From NCBI GenBank assembly GCA_964355495.1, contig CAYHES010000001.1:1-54222 (forward strand): a stretch of 54,222 bases of DNA, read 5' to 3'. Shown here one piece after another: positions 37,686 through 47,116 of the stretch. Every line of letters begins with the position of its first letter. The stretch's first letter is position 1. Made by a program: the position numbers and the translations under genes. The notes beneath the pieces were generated by a model, which had not been told where the DNA came from, did no database searches, and was given only the letters and a program-made list of their open reading frames with translations. This stretch comes from an uncultured Acidiferrobacterales bacterium. GTDB taxonomy: Bacteria > Pseudomonadota > Gammaproteobacteria > Acidiferrobacterales > UBA6901.

Positions 37686-38309
37686 ATGCGTAACGGTTTA
37701 CTGATCCTTGGCATAATTTTAAGCGGGCTTCTTGGAGCGGGCTGTGCCGGGACAACGGTTCCGGATACAGATAGTCAAGGGGCGTTCACCTGGGAACAGG
37801 AGGGTGATTACCGGATTGGCGCGGATGATCGGCTACAAATCACTGTGTGGCGGAATCCAGAGCTTTCGGCCACTGTACCTGTCAGGCCCGATGGGAAGAT
37901 TTCGGTTCCGCTGATCGGCGATGTCATGGCCGGAGGTAATACCCCCGAGCAAGTGGCGGCCTCGATCAAGCAGAAACTGACAGCTTATATCCGTGAACCG
38001 AACGTGGCCGTAATGGTGGTGGAACTTCGCAGCCATGAGTTCATTTCACGCGTGCGGGTGACAGGCGCGGTCCGTACGCCGCGATCCATGCCTTTCCGTC
38101 AGGGCATGACAGTGCTGGATGCTGTTCTGGAGGCCGGTGGACCCAATGAGTTCGCAGCACCGAACCGGGCCAAGCTCTATCGAAAAGGAAAGGACAAGAC
38201 AGATGTGGTCGATGTCGAGCTCGGCGATATCCTTAACAAAGGGAAGCTGCAGACAAACATTACCCTGAAGCCAGGGGATGTCGTGACTATCCCCGAGCGG
38301 TTGTTCTGA
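37686..38309 (+). CDS. Wza-like polysaccharide export lipoprotein (PEP-CTERM system EpsE-type)
   Basis: The lipobox is LLGAGC. Contains YRIGADDRLQITVWRNPELS and VRPDGKISVPLIGDVMAGGNTPEQV. A GAGGA ribosome-binding site lies upstream of ATG 37686. Confidence 0.85.
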   Translation: MRNGLLILGIILSGLLGAGCAGTTVPDTDSQGAFTWEQEGDYRIGADDRLQITVWRNPELSATVPVRPDGKISVPLIGDVMAGGNTPEQVAASIKQKLTAYIREPNVAVMVVELRSHEFISRVRVTGAVRTPRSMPFRQGMTVLDAVLEAGGPNEFAAPNRAKLYRKGKDKTDVVDVELGDILNKGKLQTNITLKPGDVVTIPERLF

Positions 38310-38328
38310 ACGGCAAGAGTAACTACCT

Positions 38329-39870
38329 ATGTCAACCCTTCATCCTGAGCTCATCCGCAAACTCCTCATCGGCGAGCTATTTAATTCGCGCAAGACAGCT
38401 GTTGGGATATTTGTCGTTGTGGTGCTTGCTCTAGTGGTCGCTGGTCTCGTCTGGCCAAAAGGATACGTGGCGTCGACCACAATTCTGGTGGACGAGAAAA
38501 ATATCATCCAGCCCCTGATGCTGGGCGCGGCGGTAACCACAGAGGTTGCGGATCGTTCCCGACTTGCCAGGGAGACGATTTTTGGCAGAAAGGTCATGAC
38601 CCAGCTTCTCACTGACACAGGCCGGTTGAAGGAAAGCTTTTCGCCGGAAGAGAAGGATAAGTTGTTCAAGAAGCTGACGAAGCAGACGGCTATCAGCAAT
38701 GTAACTAGAAACATCATCAAGATCGAATACCGGGACGATGATCCGGAGAATGCATTTTTAACGACCAAGCGCTATGCCGATCTGTTCATCGCTGAAGCAC
38801 TCGGCACCAAGGCCGCTGAAAGCCAGGCGGCATTCGATTTTATTGACAAGCAGGTGCATGAGTACCACGAAAAGCTTGTTCAAGCAGAAGAACAGCTCAA
38901 AGAGTTTCGCTTGGCCAATGCGGATGCGCTTCCGGGAACGGATACGGATATCGGAACACGGCTGAGCGCCCAGCAGACACGAATCGAGCAGTCTGCCCAG
39001 GAACTTAAGGAAGCGGAGATCAAGAAACGTTCCCTTGAGAAACAGCTTTCTGGTGAAGCGGAGGTCGCCACGGTTCTGTCGCGCGAAGGACAATACCGGA
39101 CACGAATTGCGGAACTTCAGTCTCAGATGGAAACGTTGCGCCTCAGTTATCACGACACCTACCCAGACATTGTTCGACTCCGTCACCAGATCGCTGATCT
39201 AAACGATGCGATCGCAGTTGATCGGAAACAGCGCGAAGCAGCCAAGGCGAGCGGTCGGGTGATTATCGATGACAGTGTTACCAATAATCCAATGTACCAG
39301 CAGCTGAAGCGCGATCTCTCGCAGACTCAGATTACTATTGATACCCTGAATGCGCGCATCATCGAGGCCAAGCGTCAGATGAGTAGTACACTTGAACGCG
39401 GTAAGCGTGTACACGGTGGCGAAGTAACACTTGCCGAGCTTACCCGCGATTATCAGGTCAATCGCGACATTTACCAGGACCTGCTAAAGCGCAGGGAAAA
39501 CGCGCGCGTGTCCATGAATCTTGACAAGGAAAAGCAGGGCCTCTCATTCAGAATTCAGGAGCCGGCGACATTGCCGATTGATCCAAGCGGTTTGCTTTTC
39601 AAGCATTTTATTATTGCAGCGCTGGTACTTGGTGTGCTTGTTCCTGTAGGGCTGGTATATGCCAAGTTGCAAATCGACCCGAGGATTCGGGTCGGGAGCA
39701 TGGTAGCGGAGCGCAACAATTTGCCGTTGCTAGCCGTAATTCCGCATCTTTGGCAGCAGACTGAAATCCAGGTTGTCCGCCAGGAGATACAGTGGTTGTA
39801 TCTGATCGCTGCAGGAACACTGACGGTCATGGCGCTGCTTGCTACGTTGCGCATTGTGCGGATGATTTGA
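38329..39870 (+). CDS. Polysaccharide chain-length determinant (Wzz/PCP, PEP-CTERM locus type)
   Basis: It has an N-terminal transmembrane segment, a long coiled-coil periplasmic region and a C-terminal transmembrane segment. It lies immediately upstream of the BY-kinase-like gene. Confidence 0.8.
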   Translation: MSTLHPELIRKLLIGELFNSRKTAVGIFVVVVLALVVAGLVWPKGYVASTTILVDEKNIIQPLMLGAAVTTEVADRSRLARETIFGRKVMTQLLTDTGRLKESFSPEEKDKLFKKLTKQTAISNVTRNIIKIEYRDDDPENAFLTTKRYADLFIAEALGTKAAESQAAFDFIDKQVHEYHEKLVQAEEQLKEFRLANADALPGTDTDIGTRLSAQQTRIEQSAQELKEAEIKKRSLEKQLSGEAEVATVLSREGQYRTRIAELQSQMETLRLSYHDTYPDIVRLRHQIADLNDAIAVDRKQREAAKASGRVIIDDSVTNNPMYQQLKRDLSQTQITIDTLNARIIEAKRQMSSTLERGKRVHGGEVTLAELTRDYQVNRDIYQDLLKRRENARVSMNLDKEKQGLSFRIQEPATLPIDPSGLLFKHFIIAALVLGVLVPVGLVYAKLQIDPRIRVGSMVAERNNLPLLAVIPHLWQQTEIQVVRQEIQWLYLIAAGTLTVMALLATLRIVRMI

Positions 39871-39871
39871 C

Positions 39872-40825
39872 ATGAGCAAGATCGAAAAGGCCCTGAGTCG
39901 CGCACGCAATGAAAAGGGCCTTGTTGTCGTCGGGAGCCGTCAACGGAGCGGCGAACCTGACCAACCAGACAGCCAGAGTCGCGATCTTGTAGCGGCGGAA
40001 GGTGCGACTGCAATAAGCAAGTCGCGCGTCGATTCCACCGCAGCGATCGCTCGGATGAACGAGCCGAGTTTGCGCGACATGTCTGAACTTGCGCTACAGC
40101 GCATTATTTATCCGGACATGGCTGAGAACAGTACAGTACAGGCCTTCCGTGAGATCCGCACACGAATACTGCAGAAGACCAAAGGACAAAACTGCATCAT
40201 CATGGTCACTTCTGTGACCGGGGATAGCGGTAGTTCGTTTGTCGCGACAAATCTGGGCGTGGCGTTCTCTTTTGATGCCGGCAAGACGGCACTTCTTGTA
40301 GATTGTAATCTGCGCAATCCGGGATTACAGAAGCTTTTTCCAGATAAGGTTCCACTCGGTATTACGGACTACCTCGAGAAAGAAGATTTGGATGTCGCAG
40401 ATATTATCCATTCTATCGGCATAGAGCGGTTGCGAGTAATTCCCGCTGGTGACCAACGCGAAATCCCGAGTGAGTATTTTACGTCGATCAGGATGAAGCA
40501 GATGCTAAGCAGCATTCGACAGCGTTATGCCGAACGATTCATTCTCATTGATGCCCCACCTGTGAGTGAAACGGCGGATACCCAGATTCTGGCTGAACTG
40601 TGCGATTACATCCTCTTGGTGGTCCCATACGGAAAGGTTACAAATGGGCAAGTAGAGGCCAGCATAAAGTCGATCGATAGTAAGAAGCTGCTTGGTATCG
40701 TTTTTAATAATGAGCCGAATGTGCCAAGCATTGACTGGAAAGAAATGCTAAGAACCTCCTATGTACCTTTATGGAATTGGCTTCTTCGGTTAAACAGAAC
40801 AATTAGAAATGCAGCGCATACTTGA
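39872..40825 (+). CDS. BY-kinase-like (MinD/ParA-fold) protein of the PEP-CTERM locus type, with an atypical Walker A
   Basis: Walker A' (ALLVDCNLRNP) and Walker B (FILIDAPP) are present. The Walker A position reads VTSVTGDSGSSF, with no Lys. There is no C-terminal Tyr cluster. Confidence 0.7.
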   Translation: MSKIEKALSRARNEKGLVVVGSRQRSGEPDQPDSQSRDLVAAEGATAISKSRVDSTAAIARMNEPSLRDMSELALQRIIYPDMAENSTVQAFREIRTRILQKTKGQNCIIMVTSVTGDSGSSFVATNLGVAFSFDAGKTALLVDCNLRNPGLQKLFPDKVPLGITDYLEKEDLDVADIIHSIGIERLRVIPAGDQREIPSEYFTSIRMKQMLSSIRQRYAERFILIDAPPVSETADTQILAELCDYILLVVPYGKVTNGQVEASIKSIDSKKLLGIVFNNEPNVPSIDWKEMLRTSYVPLWNWLLRLNRTIRNAAHT

Positions 40826-42164
40826 TAGATCACGCACTATCACTTCAAAGTCTGGCACGGCAGTTATTATCAGCCTTCTGGTTGCTGGCCATTTGATGCA
40901 GACCTCCCATGCTGGTGAGTTCGCCTATGGGGTCGGCTATCTCGGCGAGCACAGCGATAACATTCGACGCACTCCGACAGACCCTCAAAGTGAATGGGTC
41001 AACTCTGCAATTGCGGGAGTTGTTTACCTTGAAAATGGCCCGGCACTCGATGCCCATTTACTGGCGCAGGCAGAGTACCGTGATTACAAGAATGATATTT
41101 ATAACGATGGACCGGTTTATTATGCCGACGCGTCCTTGCTCTGGCGAATCACACCGCAGCGCCTCAATTGGGTTTTCGTTGATCGTTACAGCCAAGTCAC
41201 GCGGGATGTCACGCTTCCTGATACACCCGACAATCGTGTAAATGCCAACGTACTCGACACAGGGCCGGATTTTTACATACGATTTGATCAAGTTAATACA
41301 CTGGTGCTGGGATTGCGCTATGGGAACGCCTCCTATAGCGAAGGTGATCTTGATAGCAATCGCTACGGCGCCTCTGCACGATGGCAATATGCATCAACAG
41401 CGGAAACAACCTATTCACTGAACTACGAAGCTGAACAGGTCAAGTATGACAACGAGATTCTGAATGAAAACGTCATGCGGCAGGATTTATTCATCAGAGC
41501 AGAAAGACGCCAAGCCCGCGCACGATTTCGCATGGATCTCGGTGCCACTCGCTTAGATCGGGACCGAACCGGTGGAACGTCCGGAAATCTCGCACGTTTG
41601 GAGTGGTCGCAGCAGCTTACCTCTGTGTCGACAGCCGGTATCCAGCTTGCACGTGAATATCTTGATGCTGGGACAGTATTGCTCTCCACGGCAACGAGTC
41701 CGACCCCTGCACCGGGCGCACCACCTTCTTCATCTGCAACAGGTGAAGTAACTAACGACTTCTTCTACACGAAGCGTGCAGAGGCTTACTATAATCGTAG
41801 CGACAGTAGTTATGGTCTGAGTGCGAGGGCCTACTATCGTGACTTGGATTACGAAATGTCACCGCAGGATCGTCAGGAAGCCGGTGGAAGGATTGATGTT
41901 ACATATAATCCATCCAGCGTTCTGGCAACAACGGTATACGGGAGTTACCTCGGCGTACAATATCAGAGCATTACCCGGGATGATCAGGAGAGCGAGGCTG
42001 GGATCCGTTTTCTGTACAGGCTCAACAGAAATCTCAGCACCATACTTGAGGGGCGGAAGACGTGGCGTAACAGCACAGATGTATTACAAGAATATACTGA
42101 CAGAAGGGTGCTGTTCTCGCTGCTATACAGCAGCAGCCCGTTGTTTGCCCCCGTAAGGAGATGA
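40809..42164 (+). CDS. Outer-membrane beta-barrel protein (PEP-CTERM system-associated type)
   Basis: It has a signal peptide ending SHA-GE, an alternating aromatic/polar pattern rich in Y, N, R and D, and a C-terminal ...VLFSLLYSS region. Confidence 0.65.
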   Translation: MQRILDRSRTITSKSGTAVIISLLVAGHLMQTSHAGEFAYGVGYLGEHSDNIRRTPTDPQSEWVNSAIAGVVYLENGPALDAHLLAQAEYRDYKNDIYNDGPVYYADASLLWRITPQRLNWVFVDRYSQVTRDVTLPDTPDNRVNANVLDTGPDFYIRFDQVNTLVLGLRYGNASYSEGDLDSNRYGASARWQYASTAETTYSLNYEAEQVKYDNEILNENVMRQDLFIRAERRQARARFRMDLGATRLDRDRTGGTSGNLARLEWSQQLTSVSTAGIQLAREYLDAGTVLLSTATSPTPAPGAPPSSSATGEVTNDFFYTKRAEAYYNRSDSSYGLSARAYYRDLDYEMSPQDRQEAGGRIDVTYNPSSVLATTVYGSYLGVQYQSITRDDQESEAGIRFLYRLNRNLSTILEGRKTWRNSTDVLQEYTDRRVLFSLLYSSSPLFAPVRR

Positions 42165-42173
42165 CTGGCGGCC

Positions 42174-43244
42174 ATGTATCTTGATTATTTCAAGCTCAGG
42201 GAATTTCCGTTCCGGCTGACGCCGGATACCGAGTTTCTGTACATGAGTAATGTGCACGCACGCGCCAAGGCCTACATGGACTACAGCGTGTGGAACCGCG
42301 AGGGCTTCGTGGTCATCACCGGTGAAATCGGCTGCGGCAAGACCATCCTTATCAAGAAACTCTTATCCGAACTGGAGGAAGACAACTTCTTGGTGGCCAA
42401 GATCTTCCAGACCCAGCTCGATGAGGTCGAGTTTCTGCAAGCGGTGCTGGTTGAGTTCGGGCTCAATCCGTTCAATGCCAAGAAGGTCGAGCTGATCGAC
42501 ATGCTCAACACCTTCCTGGTGGACAGTTACCGCGAGATGAAACAGTTGGTGCTGATCGTCGACGACGCACACAATCTGAGCCTGAAGGCACTGGAAGAGA
42601 TACGCATGCTCTCCGGTCTTGAAACCCAGAAGGAGAAAGTCTTGCATGTCATTCTGGTCGGTCAGCCGCAACTCAACGTGATGCTGGATGCGCCGGAGCT
42701 GGAGCAGCTGGTGCAGCGCGTGCGCCTGCGTTTCCACGTCAGGCCGTTGGCGCCGGACGAAACGGCAGAGTATATCGCCCATCGTCTCAAGGTAGCGGGC
42801 GCTACACGCACAGATTTATTTACTCTAGAGACTATGTCGGTGATCTACAAGTACACAGGCGGCGTGCCGCGTCTTATCAACACTCTGTGCGACACAGCGC
42901 TTACCGTTGCCTACGCCGATAGTCTTCCGACAGTCACAATCGATGTTCTCAAGTCGGCACTTGACGAATTGCAGTGGGTACCGTTTGAGCGGCGCGCTGG
43001 TGGGCGGCTTGCGAAGCCCGCAGCGAAGGGCGACCGTTCCCATACGGTGCGTGAGCAGGACAAGCTGATCGCCAACATCGGAAACCGCCTGAATCAGATG
43101 GATAGCTTGGTGCCGTCACTGTCGATGATTTCCGACCGCATGGGGAACATTGAGGCGTTATTGACGAGTATCGTAACTCTCTTGAAGCAGGGTCGGGCGG
43201 AGCGGGTTGTCCCACCGCGCAAGGTCGGCGGGAAGGACCACTAG
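42174..43244 (+). CDS. ExeA/GspA-like AAA ATPase (PEP-CTERM locus secretion ATPase type)
   Basis: Contains YLDYFKLREFPFRLTPDTEFLY, Walker A GEIGCGKT and Walker B LVLIVDDAH. Confidence 0.85.
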   Translation: MYLDYFKLREFPFRLTPDTEFLYMSNVHARAKAYMDYSVWNREGFVVITGEIGCGKTILIKKLLSELEEDNFLVAKIFQTQLDEVEFLQAVLVEFGLNPFNAKKVELIDMLNTFLVDSYREMKQLVLIVDDAHNLSLKALEEIRMLSGLETQKEKVLHVILVGQPQLNVMLDAPELEQLVQRVRLRFHVRPLAPDETAEYIAHRLKVAGATRTDLFTLETMSVIYKYTGGVPRLINTLCDTALTVAYADSLPTVTIDVLKSALDELQWVPFERRAGGRLAKPAAKGDRSHTVREQDKLIANIGNRLNQMDSLVPSLSMISDRMGNIEALLTSIVTLLKQGRAERVVPPRKVGGKDH

Positions 43245-43258
43245 GCAAAGTATGCCCC

Positions 43259-45232
43259 ATGTGTGGTATCGCTGGGATTCTCAACCTGACGGCCAATCGC
43301 CCACCGAGTGAAACCGAACTCGGTGCAATGATTGGTCAACTGCATCACCGTGGCCCGGATGGCTACGGCTATTTTTCGGATACACAGGTTGGCCTTGCTC
43401 ATGCGCGACTCAGCATCATCGATATTGCCGGCGGCAAGCAGCCGATCCACAACGAAGACCGGACCATCTGGGTCAGTTTCAACGGCGAAATCTTCAATTA
43501 CATCGAACTGCGCGCGATTCTTGAACAACAGGGTCATCGTTTCTACACGCACTCCGACACCGAAGTTATCGTGCACCTGTATGAACAGCACGGCGATGAC
43601 TTTGTCCAGCACCTGAACGGCCAGTTCGCGATCGCGCTCTGGGACCAGCAGCGCCGGCGCCTGGTGCTGGCCCGAGACCGCGCCGGTATCCGCCCACTGT
43701 TCTACACGCAGACGCGCAGCCGGTTGCTGTTTGCCTCCGAGGTCAAGGCACTGTTCGTGCATTCCGAACTTCCGCGCCGACTCAATCTTGAGGCGCTTGC
43801 CCAGGTTTTCACCTACTGGTCGCCGCTCGCGCCAGCGACGGTTTTCGAGGGCGTCACGGCGCTGCCTCCAGGACACATCTTGGTGGCAGAAAACGGTCGC
43901 ATCCAGACGCGGTGTTACTGGGACTGGTTATTTCCCGAACCGCCCTTGCCCAAAGAACGGCCTGCCGCAGAATATGCAGAAGAGTTGCGTGCTTTGCTGA
44001 TCGATGCGGTGAAGTTGCAGTTGCGCTCGGACGTCCCGGTAGGTGCATACTTGAGCGGCGGGCTCGATTCTTCGATTATCACCTCGTTGATCAAGAACTT
44101 TACGGATGTGCCACTGCGTACATTCTCGGTAACGTTTGATGACGCAGAATATGACGAGAGCATCTTCCAGCAGGAACTGGTGGATTACCTCGATACCCAG
44201 CACACCGCGTTACGTTGTACCACGGCGGATATTTGTGATGCGTTCCCGAAGGTGATCTGGCACACCGAGACCCCGATCGTGCGCACGGCGCCGACGCCGC
44301 TCATGCTGCTGTCCGCCAAGGTGCGCGCTGAGGGCTACAAGGTGGTGCTGACCGGGGAAGGGGCGGACGAGGTGTTCGGTGGCTACGACCTGTTCAAGGA
44401 GGCCAAGATCCGGCGCTTCTGGGCGCGCCAGCCACACTCAAAAATGCGCCCGCGTATCCTCGAACGGCTCTATCCGTATCTCAAGCATTCGCCTGCATCT
44501 GGGCGAGCGTTTACCGAAAATTTCTTCAGCCAGGGTATGGAGCACAAGGACCGGGCGTACTTCTCCCATATTCCTCGCTGGACGACGACAAGACGTATTG
44601 CCCAATTTTTCTCGCCGGAGATGCAGCGCACAGTGAGTGGCTGGGACCCGTATGCTGCCATTATGCAAACACTGCCGCCAGGTATCGAACGCTGGATTCC
44701 GCTTGGCCGCGACCAGTATGTCGAGGCGCACACCCTGATGGCCGGCTACCTGCTCTGCTCCCAGGGCGATCGCGTGGCCATGGCCAACTCCATCGAGGGG
44801 CGTTTTCCATTTCTGGATCACCGCGTGATCGAATTCGGCAACCGCCTGCCGTCGCGTTGCAAACTGATGGGCCTCACCGAGAAATATATTTTGAAGAAAT
44901 CTATGACTGGATTGTTGCCAGAATCGGTGCGTACACGCACCAAGCAACCCTACCGCGCACCCGACAGCCAGAGCTTCTTCCGCAACGGGGTGGCGGCAGA
45001 TTATGTGGCAGAACTGTTCAGCGAACGGCGCCTGCGCGAGGCGGGCTACTTCGATCCGCGCGTGGTGGCCAAGCTTTACGAGAAGTGCCGTGCCGGACGC
45101 GCCATCGGCTTCGCTGACAACATGGCCTTCGTCGGCATCCTGTCCACCATGCTGGTGGATGAGCAGTTCATCCGGCCGGTTGCGTTGACTGGGACGATCG
45201 CTCGGCCTTTTGCCAAGCAGATTTCGGCTTAG
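43259..45232 (+). CDS. Asparagine synthase (glutamine-hydrolysing) family amidotransferase (exosortase-A-associated amidotransferase type)
   Basis: It has the MCGIAGIL Ntn-glutaminase start and the synthetase-domain PP-loop-like motif YLSGGLDSS. Confidence 0.9.
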   Translation: MCGIAGILNLTANRPPSETELGAMIGQLHHRGPDGYGYFSDTQVGLAHARLSIIDIAGGKQPIHNEDRTIWVSFNGEIFNYIELRAILEQQGHRFYTHSDTEVIVHLYEQHGDDFVQHLNGQFAIALWDQQRRRLVLARDRAGIRPLFYTQTRSRLLFASEVKALFVHSELPRRLNLEALAQVFTYWSPLAPATVFEGVTALPPGHILVAENGRIQTRCYWDWLFPEPPLPKERPAAEYAEELRALLIDAVKLQLRSDVPVGAYLSGGLDSSIITSLIKNFTDVPLRTFSVTFDDAEYDESIFQQELVDYLDTQHTALRCTTADICDAFPKVIWHTETPIVRTAPTPLMLLSAKVRAEGYKVVLTGEGADEVFGGYDLFKEAKIRRFWARQPHSKMRPRILERLYPYLKHSPASGRAFTENFFSQGMEHKDRAYFSHIPRWTTTRRIAQFFSPEMQRTVSGWDPYAAIMQTLPPGIERWIPLGRDQYVEAHTLMAGYLLCSQGDRVAMANSIEGRFPFLDHRVIEFGNRLPSRCKLMGLTEKYILKKSMTGLLPESVRTRTKQPYRAPDSQSFFRNGVAADYVAELFSERRLREAGYFDPRVVAKLYEKCRAGRAIGFADNMAFVGILSTMLVDEQFIRPVALTGTIARPFAKQISA

Positions 45233-45249
45233 ATCGGGATTGGCACGCT

Positions 45250-46779
45250 ATGCTCCTGCATCAATTTCTTGAAGCGAGTAGCCAGCAGCTGCCGGACAAG
45301 GCTGCGCTGGTGTGCGACGGCCAACGCTACAGTTATGCCCAGATCGACCAAATGGCGACCGAACTCGCCGTGTTCCTGCAGCAACGTGGTGTGCGGCGTG
45401 ATGATCGGGTTGCCATCTTTATGGACAACTCTGTTGAGACGGTAGTTAGCATCTATGCCGCACTCAAGGCGGGCGCCGTGTTCATGCCGGTCAATCCGCT
45501 GACCAAGCATGACAAGCTCGCTTACCTGCTCAATGATTCACGCGCTAGCGCGTTGATAACGCATGCCGCGCTGCATGAAGTGTTCAGCGGCGCCCTCGCG
45601 CACAATGAGAGCGTGCACAGCTGCATCGTCATTGGAGAACTGCGTGTTGGGGGCACGGATAAGCGCCTGTTGCGCTATGCCAGCGTACAGGATGTGCCGG
45701 GAGCTCTCGTGGCCCCGGGTAGTATTGACCAGGATCTCGCTGCCATTATCTATACTTCCGGGTCCACCGGTGATCCGAAAGGCGTGATGCTGACTCACCT
45801 GAACATGGTAAGCGCCACGAACTCGGTGAGCAGCTATCTCGGGTTGCAGAATGAAGATGTTGTCTTGTGCGTGCTGCCGCTCGCATTCGACTACGGCCTG
45901 TATCAGGTTCTAATGGGCTTCAAGCTCGGGGCGACCGTGGTCGTGGAGCGCTCGTTCGCTTTCCCGGTAAAGGTATTGGAGGTAATGGCGCGAGAACGCG
46001 TCACGGTCCTGCCGGGCGTGCCGACAATCTTCTCACTACTTATGAACATCAAGACCCTGTCGCATCATGATCTGGCGTCACTGCGCATGATCACCAATAC
46101 AGCCGCAGCGCTCTCCGAGCAGCATATTAAGGATTTGCGGGAGCTGTTTCCGCAGGCGCAGTTGTTTTCCATGTATGGCCTTACCGAGTGCAAGCGTGTG
46201 ACTTACCTTCCGCCGGAACAACTCGAGGCACGCCCGACCAGCGTAGGTCGAGGCATGCCTAACCAGGAAGTCTGGCTGGTGGATGAGGGCGGTAACCGGC
46301 TGCCAAACGGCAGCACCGGTGAACTGGTGATTCGCGGTAGCAATGTCATGCGCGGCTACTGGGAAAAGCCGGACGAGACGGCCAAGCGACTCAGGCCCGG
46401 CCCGAATCCGGGAGAGATGTTGCTGTACTCTGGCGATATTTTCCGTACCGATGACGAGGGCTATCTCTATTTCGTAGCACGCAAGGACGACGTAATTAAG
46501 AGCCGCGGAGAGAAGGTGAGTCCGCGTGAGGTGGAGAATGTGCTCTACAGTATGGAGGGTGTACAGGAAGTGGCTGTAATAGGAGTGACAGACCCGGTTC
46601 TTGGGCAGGCCGTAAAAGCCTTTATAGCATTGCGCCCGGGATTCAGTTACTCAGAGCGCGATGTCATCAAATATTGTCTTGGCCATCTGGAAAGCTTTAT
46701 GGCGCCCAAGCAGGTAGTATTTGTCGATGCCTTGCCCAAAACTGACACCGGCAAGATAAAAAAGTCTGGACTCGCCTGA
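45250..46779 (+). CDS. AMP-forming acyl-CoA/acyl-carrier ligase (ANL superfamily, exosortase-A-associated ligase type)
   Basis: Contains IIYTSGSTGDPKGV, YGLTE, GDIFRTDDEGYLYFVARKDDVIK and a C-terminal TGKIKK. Confidence 0.9.
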   Translation: MLLHQFLEASSQQLPDKAALVCDGQRYSYAQIDQMATELAVFLQQRGVRRDDRVAIFMDNSVETVVSIYAALKAGAVFMPVNPLTKHDKLAYLLNDSRASALITHAALHEVFSGALAHNESVHSCIVIGELRVGGTDKRLLRYASVQDVPGALVAPGSIDQDLAAIIYTSGSTGDPKGVMLTHLNMVSATNSVSSYLGLQNEDVVLCVLPLAFDYGLYQVLMGFKLGATVVVERSFAFPVKVLEVMARERVTVLPGVPTIFSLLMNIKTLSHHDLASLRMITNTAAALSEQHIKDLRELFPQAQLFSMYGLTECKRVTYLPPEQLEARPTSVGRGMPNQEVWLVDEGGNRLPNGSTGELVIRGSNVMRGYWEKPDETAKRLRPGPNPGEMLLYSGDIFRTDDEGYLYFVARKDDVIKSRGEKVSPREVENVLYSMEGVQEVAVIGVTDPVLGQAVKAFIALRPGFSYSERDVIKYCLGHLESFMAPKQVVFVDALPKTDTGKIKKSGLA

Positions 46780-46826
46780 GCGAGCCGCAAGTGATCCAAC
46801 GTGATCGAGGAAAAGGGGAAACCATA

Positions 46827-47078
46827 ATGCAAGACATCAAGTCACAGGTGCGCACGTACATTTTCGATAATTTCATCATGGCCGGCGACCCCGGCGATTT
46901 GCAGGATGGCGACTCTTTCATGGAGCGGCATATTCTCGATTCCACTGGCTTCATTGAGTTGATCACGTTTCTCGAGGAAGCATTCGGTATCAAGGTTGAG
47001 GATGACGATATGGTTCCGGAGAATCTTGATAGCCTCGACAAGATAGATATTTTCCTTCGCAAGAAGAAGGCGAGCTGA
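46827..47078 (+). CDS. Acyl carrier protein
   Basis: It is 83 aa. The phosphopantetheine-site context is HILDSTGFIELITFLEE. A Gly/A-rich ribosome-binding site lies upstream of ATG 46827. Confidence 0.75.
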   Translation: MQDIKSQVRTYIFDNFIMAGDPGDLQDGDSFMERHILDSTGFIELITFLEEAFGIKVEDDDMVPENLDSLDKIDIFLRKKKAS

Positions 47079-47116
47079 ATTGCCGACCTCCGAAACTCAC
47101 CCGACAGGAGCTGGCT

